49,794 nt of DNA from Saprolegnia diclina VS20 (Eukaryota), in assembly GCF_000281045.1 (NCBI RefSeq), contig NW_008246079.1, positions 65,735-115,528 of the forward strand, given 5' to 3'. This document shows, one piece after another, positions 22,207-30,367 of the stretch (within the stretch, counting starts at the first letter, position 1; the number at the start of each line of letters is the position of its first letter). Made by a program: the position numbers and the translations under genes. Under the pieces are notes generated by a model. That model saw only the letters and a list, made by a program, of their open reading frames with translations. It was not told the DNA's origin and searched no databases.

Positions 22207-24483
22207 ATGGACGCGCCGGCGCTGGCCTTCGAGAAGGAGGACTGCCGCTGCAACCGACCCCTCTTCGACCTCAAGTACCTCCGGTAAGACCGATTGCACC
22301 CAAGGGATGGGCCACTCACGCCGGCGGCGACGGCTAGGACCCACCGCGCCAACAGTGTCAAGGTACGTCGATGCATCATGTCCCAGTACTCATGGTCGCC
22401 GCCCTGGCATGCGTCGCGTAGCTCATTCGGTATGTGCTCGATGAATGGCCAATGCGGCGGATGCGACGCGAGCATCTATGGTAGGTGTTTTCCACACTGC
22501 TGCCCGTCGCACTCGTATGCCAACTTTTGCGCGACGTCCATCGACCTCCGCGCGACAAACGCGCCGCCCGACGTCGAGAACGACATTGCCGTCGTGCGCT
22601 TCCAGACGACGTCCGAGTTTGTGTACAAGGTTGGCGACGAGCTGGACGCGCAGGACGTGCTACTGCACCTCCGCCGGTACGACGACAACAAGGCCGAGTG
22701 GATCCCGAGCGAGTACCAATACTACAACAAGGTACCGCACCTCTGCGATCCGTCGGTACGATGCAACGCTGTAGGCGACACAAACCATGACGTATCGCTT
22801 CAACCACAAGAACAACCTTGGGTGGCACTACGGCTGGATGGGGACGTCGACCAAGGCCCACCGAACGTGCACCCACCAAGTCGTGGTACATCCTCCAACC
22901 CTTGGTGTTAGTGCATTCAAGCCTTGTGGACAGGGCTACCTACTGCGAAAGTCGGGTGCGTCTTTGGTCGTCCTCGCCGTGACGATCTCGCCGCCCTTCA
23001 TCGTCATGTCGTACCGTCGAGCGTGCTACCACTGCCAGAAGCACCGCGAGAGCGACGCCGACGGCGCTTCGAACGCGACGCCGGCGCTCTGCGAGTGCGA
23101 AGGCGAGTTCAACGTCATGCAAGGCCTCTCAATCGGGTCGTCGCCAATGCGGTCGACGACGCCGGCGCGGCCACCAGCGCCGCCCGCCCACGCGCTTTTG
23201 GACCCGAGCACGATGGAGCGGCAGCTTGCCATCCTCTTTGGCCTCTTGCAGCTGCCGCCAGCACACGCTTTTGCGCCGCAACTGCACGCGGTCGAGGCGC
23301 GGCTGGCGAAAAGCCTCATCTTGCCGCTCGGAGACCGCCTCGGGTTCTCGGCGTCGCGGAAGCGGGCCATGGCGATCCCGATGATCCCGACGCGGCGCCC
23401 GGTCATGTCGCCCGTCGCGCACGATCTGATTTCGCTCAAGTCGTGCGCGGTGGACTTGCTTCTCGCGACGCTCGGGTCCTCGGACGTGCTCTTGCACAAC
23501 GTGCAGCAGTTTACGCAGAGCACGGGCTTCCTCTTCGTGCGCGGCGACCTCGCGCAGTCGTACGTGGCGTGGCTGAACAACTACTACCACCTTCTCAACG
23601 CCCGCCTCGGCGCGCTGGGCACGCACCTCGGGCACGTGGCCGGCCACATTGCGCACGCGGCGAGCTCGGTGCCCGAGCTCCACTCGACCCGCGTCTACCT
23701 CGACGGGCTCGACGCGCCCGAGACCGCCAACACGGCCGGCTTCGACTACTATGTCGCCCAGCTCCGCGAAGTCTACATGGTACGATTCGGGTGCTTGATA
23801 CAAAGTTGATACAATGACGCAGGCGGATGGATCGCTGCGCGCGCAGATGGCGTCGCCCGCAACGTACTCGGCGCACTGGGTCCTCGACAAGGTCGTGGGG
23901 CACCGGTACATGGACTCGAACCCAGAGTTGGACCCTTCCGTGGTCTCGCTGCTCCGGGGCATCACAATGGGGTACAGCTTCCAGCTCCGCGTGACCGACG
24001 CCGCCCTTCAGGTAGTCGGAGCACTCATCGTGCGTCCTCAGCACTGAAGCGTAGGTGCGCTCGGACCTCCACGCGTTCGATACGGTCTGGTCGGAGTTTG
24101 TCTTCGACCAAGTGCCCCGCGTCTTTCGCGTCTTCCCAAACGGCGAGTCGTCAATGGCGCCGATTTCGCAGCTGCAGCACGGCGACTACGTGGCGATGCG
24201 CCTCGATGCCGACACGGTCTCGCTCAAGCTCTATGGGTGGCCCAGCGACAGCAGCCGCGTCTGCTACGCGGTGCTGCTGACGCTTTCGCTCGCGTCTCGG
24301 ACGCTCGATGTGTCGGTGCGCCAGTCGTTTGTCGCCGGGCCTGTCGACGTGGCGTCCATGGTCGTCGAAGAGCGCTGCCAGCAGTACCTTGTCGAGCACG
24401 AAGTCGAGGTGCTGCAGGTAGTTACGCAGTACAGCCTCGCCGACGCCACGACTCCCACAGCGTCGGACGCATCGATGGCGTAG
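22207..24483 (+). CDS. Uncharacterised 'RCFPHCCP-WHYGW' family protein, paralog B (multi-exon)
   Basis: MDAPALAFEKEDCRC...KYLR|THRANSVK|LIR|CFPHCCPSH; WHYGWMGTSTKAHRTCTH; SPPFIVMSYRRACYHCQKH; CECEGEFN; GFDYYVAQLREVY; PRVFRVFPNGESSM..HGDY. Confidence 0.87.
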
Positions 24484-24659
24484 ATTTAGATTTAGTCGTC
24501 GTCGTCGCTAGTTTTGGTTGGAAAGATTTTGATATACATAATTGTCGCTACCGACTAGAAGTAGGAAGCTCTCGGACCGACGCGCAGCGATACCTGAGTG
24601 ATCCTCTTGGCCATGGGCATTATTGTCATTTCAAATGCAGTCAAGTCGGGTCCAATGCC

Positions 24660-24709
24660 TAATTGTGGCTAATTGTGGCTAATTGTGTCTACTTGTGGCT
24701 AATTGTGGC
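24660..24709 (+). repeat. 10-bp tandem repeat (TAATTGTGGC) x5, two units imperfect
   Basis: t-aattgtggct-aattgtggct-aattgtgtct-acttgtggct-aattgtggc, plus a partial aaatgtggct at ~24714. Confidence 0.9.
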
Positions 24710-24775
24710 GGTTAAATGTGGCTATTTCAGGCGGCGATCCTGGCATTTGGGTTTTCGTTGGCCGCATTGCCTCGG

Positions 24776-27700
24776 ATGGACGACCTCCGCGACCTCTGTG
24801 CGATCCATGCAGAGTCCTCGAGCGAGTCCGTCGAGTCGTCGTCGGAAGAGAGCGCGCCGAACTCTCCAGCCGCGCCCGCCATCGTCCGCGCCCGCCCCAT
24901 GGTCGAGCAGCCCGGCGACGACGACGATGGCAGTGAGTCCGAGGTCGACGGCGCCGACCCGTACGTGTACATTGATGACTCGCCAGAGGAGACAATGGAG
25001 CCCGGCGAGCTGCCGGCGATGGATCTCTCGGTCATCTACGGCTTTGAGAGTGAGAGCTCGGGGGATAGCAGCATCTCAGGCGGCGAGGACGACTTCACAC
25101 CCGGTCAACGCCGAGCAAAAACGCCAGCGTCGCAGCTTGGGCCGCGACAGCGTCGGCGGATCAGCATCTCGGCGCCACCCAAGGACGAGATCAAGATCAA
25201 GGTGCAGCCACTCGAGATCAACGTCCCGTTCGACTTTACGCTCGAAGCGATTGCGACGTACAGGGCCGTGTTTGGGTCGTGCAACGTCCCGGCCTCGTAC
25301 ATGGTACCGTCGACCGAGCTCTGGCCAGAGCACCTCCACGGCTTGCGTCTCGGCGCTGTCATTGCGCAGGTCCGCGCGTCGCCAGAAATGCTCCAGCAGC
25401 GCCGGCTCCTCGACGCGATGGGGTTTGTCTGGACGTCCAAGCGCGGCCACGTCCGCTGCATCATCGTACCGCCACCGACCAGCGGTCGGCGCGAAGCTGC
25501 GGTCGCTCGACCGGCCGTCGTCATCCTCGGCGCGCTGCGACTCTACCGGGACCTCTACGGGTCGCTTGAGATCCCAACCGACTTTGTCGTGCCGCCCTTT
25601 AGCCGGCCGTGGATCCGGGCGCACGAAGGGCTCATGCTAGCGCACGCGCTGCCTTCCTTTGCCGTGCACGCGTACGAGCTGTTGGAGGACGATGCGAATG
25701 ACGCCCGGTCGCTCGGGCTCCTTGACGGCGTACCACTGTGGACCACACTGCTGGACCTTCTCAGCGACTACCTGCAGCGCTTCGACACGAGCGCCGTGCC
25801 CGTGCATTTTGTAATTCCGCGAGACGACATGACGTGGCCGATCGAGAGCCATGGCGTGAAGCTCGGTGAGATCGCATGGACCCTTGGCGTCCGTGAGCCG
25901 CTGTTGCCTCGGCCGTGCAAGCGGCAGCTGGCCGACCTCGACATCGACCTCTGCTCGGACGCCGCATGGAGCGCAGTTGTCTCTGCGCTGGAAGACTATG
26001 TCGGCGTCACTGGTCACGTGCACGTCCCACCCGGCTACAGGTGCGGGGACCTCCACCTCGGCTACTGGGTCGAGCGGCTCGTCGAGGCGGATCGCCTCCA
26101 GCTGCTACCGCGTGCGACGGCACAGGCGCTCCGATGGCTTCGCAACCGCACCACAAATGTGGTCGACGACAACGACGACGACTTGGGACTAGATCCTACG
26201 ACGACCGACGATGCGACGATGCGACCACCCGACGACGTCTGGACGGCGACCATCGAGCACTTCGACGACGAGTGCGAGTGGAAGGCGCGGCTCTCGGCGC
26301 TGCGGCAGTACCACGGCCGGTTTGGCCATCTTCTAGTGCCCGACGACTATGTGCTCGACAGCACTGAGCCTTGGCTTGCGCTCTACCCGCTTGGCGACCA
26401 GGTGCTAACGCTGCGCCGCCGCCAGCGAGACTTGAACGCCGTGCGCATCGACGCCCTCGACGAGCTGGGGTTTGTCTGGGACCTCTGGGCGCACGAGCTC
26501 TGGCCGACGCTCGAAGATGCATTAGAGGCGACACCGACGCCCGTGCCTGAGAACACTGCGCTCTCGTCGCTCAGCGACAACCCGTGCGGCTACTACTGGA
26601 CAGTCCTCGAGGTCCACGAAGGCTTTGCGACCCGCTGGTACCAGGAGCGTCTCAAGTGTCTCGGGTTCGACCCGGCGACGCGCTGGGCCGCCAAGCTCGA
26701 CGCGCTCTCGACGTTTGATGCGGTCTTTCAGCATCTCCACGTCCCACTCTCGTTTGTTGTACCGGACGCGCCGCCGTGGCCGCCGCAGACGCACCACCTC
26801 CCGCTCGGACTCGTCGTGCAGTGGATTCGACAGTGCAAAGAGCACATGCATTTGGCGCGCAAGGCAGAGCTGGACGGACGCCACTTTGAGTGGACGGCCG
26901 TCGACTTTGGCGACGTCGACGCCGGTCTTGCGCAGTACAAGCTTCTCGTCGACGCGGATGCGGCTGTCCCTCCGACGTATGTGGTCCCGGCGCATGCGCC
27001 GTGGCCTGAAGGTGTCTGGCAGCTGGCGCTCGGGGCGCTGCTGGCCAAGCAGCGAGTGTATCTCCGCCGCATGACGGCCGTGCACGCGCACTTGCTCGCC
27101 TCGCTGGGCGTTCCAGGCGTGCCGCCGCCGTCGCTGCAGCACGTTCGCTACAACTGGTTCGTGGTCGTCTCGGCGCTCGACGAATTTCAAAGCCGATTTG
27201 GCCACAGCGACGTGCCATTGCTCTATACGGTCCCGAGCGTCGGTGGCAAGTGGGTACGCAGCCTCCTCGGGATGCCGCTCGGCTTCTTTGCCCGCGTCTT
27301 GCGCGACCACTTTGCCAGCCTCGTACCGCACGTCCAGCAGTCGCTCACGAGTCTCGGCTTTGCCTCGTCGACTCGGAGAAGCGACGAGCGGCTGCTACCG
27401 AGTCCGCTGAGCCCTTCGCGACCGATCACGACCCCGATTGCGCCTCTGAAAACGCTCGCCGCGATGGCGCGAAGAACCCGTCACCCCAAGCAGCCAGGAT
27501 CCAGCAGCGAGAGGCCGCTCATCGTGTCAAGGAAACGAAAGAGTGCCCCGCTCCCAATGGCGCCGCCGGGTCGACCTCGGCCGCGAGATGTGACGCCCGA
27601 TGGCAACGACAGTCCGAGTCCCGTGTCACCACTGCGCTTGCGTCTTCATACGCCGAGGTTCAACATCGTCCGTCTTGCTGCGCCGGACGACGCCTCGGTC

Positions 27701-28534
27701 GGCTCGCCAGTGTCGGACGAGCCAGTACTGCCGAGCCCAACGCAGTCTAAGAACGACACTTGGGGTATGGATGATGACGACGCTGGCGGCATCGACATGG
27801 ACGACTCGGGAAGTATCGACGTGGACGACACTGCTCGTATGGATGCCGATGGCACTGCTCGTATGGATGTCGATCATATAGCCACGACGGACAAAACCCC
27901 CGTGGAGCTCTTTGAGCCGGACGAGACCCGTGCACTGCGGCCGCTGCCGCCGTCGATACCGCTTCTCCGGGCATGCCACATGTTCTACCGCAGCTACGGG
28001 CACATGAACATTCCCCGATCATTTGTCGTGCCAGCCAACGACGCTCAATGGCCCCACGAAGCGTGGAACGTTCCGCTTGGCGCCCACTGGCACGCGTCGA
28101 CGGCGACGACGAGCCGCTGCGTCCACCGGCCGCCCGCCGAGCTCGTGCAGGAAGGGCTTGCAGCCTACGAACGTCGCACTGGCCATTCGCACGTGAGCCC
28201 GATATTTGTGATCCCGGACGACAACAACTGGCCCGCCGACGTGCGTCGACTGCGCCTTGGCGCCGCGCTGCAGCGACTGACGCCCGCGCTGCCCGACGTC
28301 GTTGTCGACTGGAGCCTCTGCCTCCTGGCGCTGTCGACGTACAGGGCGACCCAGAAGCATGTGCATGTACCAGCGACCTTTGTCGTTCCGGCGCACGCGT
28401 GGGAGTGGCCCGAAGAGCTCTGGAGCTACCCCCTCGGCGACGTCCTGCAGCAGATTCGCGCGGGGCGCGTGGCGCTCGGGCGGTCCGACGCCACGCTCCT
28501 CGAACGACTTGGTTTCTCGTTTGCCGATAGCTGA
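24776..28534 (+). CDS. Stand-alone helicase-associated (HA, PF03457-like) repeat protein 1, about 12 units, with acidic N-terminus and basic/Pro-rich linker
   Basis: Intronless ORF with repeated W..L.AL..Y...GH..VP..FVVP....WP....LG...R...L..LGF.W units. ATG 24776 is preferred over 24716 because an Inr/FPR-like GCATTTGGGTTTTCG lies at 24743-24757. Confidence 0.85.
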   Translation: MDDLRDLCAIHAESSSESVESSSEESAPNSPAAPAIVRARPMVEQPGDDDDGSESEVDGADPYVYIDDSPEETMEPGELPAMDLSVIYGFESESSGDSSISGGEDDFTPGQRRAKTPASQLGPRQRRRISISAPPKDEIKIKVQPLEINVPFDFTLEAIATYRAVFGSCNVPASYMVPSTELWPEHLHGLRLGAVIAQVRASPEMLQQRRLLDAMGFVWTSKRGHVRCIIVPPPTSGRREAAVARPAVVILGALRLYRDLYGSLEIPTDFVVPPFSRPWIRAHEGLMLAHALPSFAVHAYELLEDDANDARSLGLLDGVPLWTTLLDLLSDYLQRFDTSAVPVHFVIPRDDMTWPIESHGVKLGEIAWTLGVREPLLPRPCKRQLADLDIDLCSDAAWSAVVSALEDYVGVTGHVHVPPGYRCGDLHLGYWVERLVEADRLQLLPRATAQALRWLRNRTTNVVDDNDDDLGLDPTTTDDATMRPPDDVWTATIEHFDDECEWKARLSALRQYHGRFGHLLVPDDYVLDSTEPWLALYPLGDQVLTLRRRQRDLNAVRIDALDELGFVWDLWAHELWPTLEDALEATPTPVPENTALSSLSDNPCGYYWTVLEVHEGFATRWYQERLKCLGFDPATRWAAKLDALSTFDAVFQHLHVPLSFVVPDAPPWPPQTHHLPLGLVVQWIRQCKEHMHLARKAELDGRHFEWTAVDFGDVDAGLAQYKLLVDADAAVPPTYVVPAHAPWPEGVWQLALGALLAKQRVYLRRMTAVHAHLLASLGVPGVPPPSLQHVRYNWFVVVSALDEFQSRFGHSDVPLLYTVPSVGGKWVRSLLGMPLGFFARVLRDHFASLVPHVQQSLTSLGFASSTRRSDERLLPSPLSPSRPITTPIAPLKTLAAMARRTRHPKQPGSSSERPLIVSRKRKSAPLPMAPPGRPRPRDVTPDGNDSPSPVSPLRLRLHTPRFNIVRLAAPDDASVGSPVSDEPVLPSPTQSKNDTWGMDDDDAGGIDMDDSGSIDVDDTARMDADGTARMDVDHIATTDKTPVELFEPDETRALRPLPPSIPLLRACHMFYRSYGHMNIPRSFVVPANDAQWPHEAWNVPLGAHWHASTATTSRCVHRPPAELVQEGLAAYERRTGHSHVSPIFVIPDDNNWPADVRRLRLGAALQRLTPALPDVVVDWSLCLLALSTYRATQKHVHVPATFVVPAHAWEWPEELWSYPLGDVLQQIRAGRVALGRSDATLLERLGFSFADS

Positions 28535-28701
28535 GCTGGACTATTGCAAATGGAAATCGTATCCTATTGCTATTATTGTCCATGTCATTGCGACCATATT
28601 GCATATCGGATATTTATATATTGGTGCAAGGCGCGGTGCGCGTATGAATATTGCAATATGGAGATCGCACTTACGGAGGACGAGTCGATTCCAGGACCGG
28701 A

Positions 28702-30321
28702 ATGCGCAGCAAGCGAGACCGAGCGACGGCGCCGTCCGTGGTCGTCGTCGCCCAGCGCCGGCGCCAGAGCTGGGAGATCAAGCTGCTAGCGCTGCAGACC
28801 TACCAGCGGCTGCGCGGCCACGTCAAGGTACCGCACTCGTTCATCGTGCCCGACGACGACCCGGTGTGGCCACCCGACACGTGGGGCATGAAGCTCGGGT
28901 CCGTCGCCGCCAACTTTCGCAACCGCGCCGACGCGCTCTCGCCCGAGCAAAAGGCCGCGCTCACGGATCTCGGCTACTCGTGGAAGACGTCGGCGGTGCC
29001 ATGGGACCTCAAGGTTGCTGCGCTCGCCACGTACCGCCAGCTGCACGGCCACTCGAGCGTCCCGCTCGAGTTTGACGTCCCATCGAACGGCAGCGCGTGG
29101 GCACAAGCGCTCTGGACGATCAAGCTTGGCAAGGTTGTGGCGAATATCCGCATCAAGGGCCAGGCCGCGCTTTCGGAAGCGCGACGCCAGCAGCTCCAGG
29201 ACCTGGGCTTTGTGTGGTGCGTCCGCACGAGCCAGCTGCTCCTTGCGCAATGGGAGACCAACATGCAGGCGCTCGCGACGTACAAGCAACTCCACGGACA
29301 CGTCCTCGTACCCGACGACTTTGTCATCCCCGATGCGGCGCCGTGGCCGGACAGCGTCCACGACATCAAACTCGGGCACGTTGCGAGCCTCTTGCGCAGT
29401 GTGGAGCTGCCACCGGCGCGGCGCGACGAGCTGCGGCGCCTCGGGTTCCTCTTCAACACGAGCCTCGAGCACGAGACCTCGATCGTGCTCGCTGGTGCAG
29501 CCACGTACCACCGGCTTTTCTGCAACGCGTCGTACGAGATCCCAGTTGGCTTTGTCGTGCCAGCGACGGCAGCATGGCCGGACGACCTCTGGTACCTCCC
29601 GCTCGGCGTCCTTTGGGTCCACGCCGTAGCGCGCATCGCCGCCGACGACCTCGCGCTGCTCGCAGCTTTGCACGACGCCGGTGTCTACTACGAACCGCGA
29701 GCGACGGCGCACCGGGTCCTCGCCGCGATCGACGCCTTCGCCGCGCGTCATGGCCACGTGAACGTCCCGTCGTCGTACTTCATTCCGACGCACAGCGACG
29801 AGTGGCCGCGCGACGTCGGTGGCATGGACCTCGGGCGCCAAGTCGCGCTTCTTCGCGCCGACCGGTCGTCGGTGCCACGCGACGTGTGCGACCGCCTCCA
29901 AGCGCTCAGCTTTCGCTGGACGGACGACGCGTGGGCCGACGATGACGTTGCTGCCGCCTATGACGTCTACGAGCAACTTTGCGGTCACCGCGTCCTCGGG
30001 CCGACGTTTACTGTGCCGGAAGGCGACCTGCGCTGGCCGACCGCGCTCTGGAACCTACCCCTCGGGAGACTGCGCTTCGTGCAAATGCCCGAGATCGATG
30101 CTCGCTGGTTCCGCGGGCTCCAAGCGTATTGCGCCGTCTTTGGCCACGTAAATGTGCCGCCGCACTACACGGTACCGTCGGGATCTGCGGCTTGGCCGAC
30201 CGACCTCTGGGGCGTCGACCTCGGCGCGTGCGTCGACGGCTTGCGCGCTGGCCACGTGCGTGTGACGCGCGACCGCTTCAAGTGGCTCAACGAGCATGTT
30301 TTTGACGCGGGCGAGACCTAA
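28702..30321 (+). CDS. Stand-alone HA-like repeat protein 2, about 7 units
   Basis: Intronless; units such as WEIKLLALQTYQRLRGHVKVPHSFIVPDDDPVWPPDTWGMKLGSVAANFR...LTDLGYSW. Confidence 0.88.
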   Translation: MRSKRDRATAPSVVVVAQRRRQSWEIKLLALQTYQRLRGHVKVPHSFIVPDDDPVWPPDTWGMKLGSVAANFRNRADALSPEQKAALTDLGYSWKTSAVPWDLKVAALATYRQLHGHSSVPLEFDVPSNGSAWAQALWTIKLGKVVANIRIKGQAALSEARRQQLQDLGFVWCVRTSQLLLAQWETNMQALATYKQLHGHVLVPDDFVIPDAAPWPDSVHDIKLGHVASLLRSVELPPARRDELRRLGFLFNTSLEHETSIVLAGAATYHRLFCNASYEIPVGFVVPATAAWPDDLWYLPLGVLWVHAVARIAADDLALLAALHDAGVYYEPRATAHRVLAAIDAFAARHGHVNVPSSYFIPTHSDEWPRDVGGMDLGRQVALLRADRSSVPRDVCDRLQALSFRWTDDAWADDDVAAAYDVYEQLCGHRVLGPTFTVPEGDLRWPTALWNLPLGRLRFVQMPEIDARWFRGLQAYCAVFGHVNVPPHYTVPSGSAAWPTDLWGVDLGACVDGLRAGHVRVTRDRFKWLNEHVFDAGET

Positions 30322-30367
30322 CCCTCGTCGGCCTATTTATTACACTAACCCTGTAAATACTAATACA

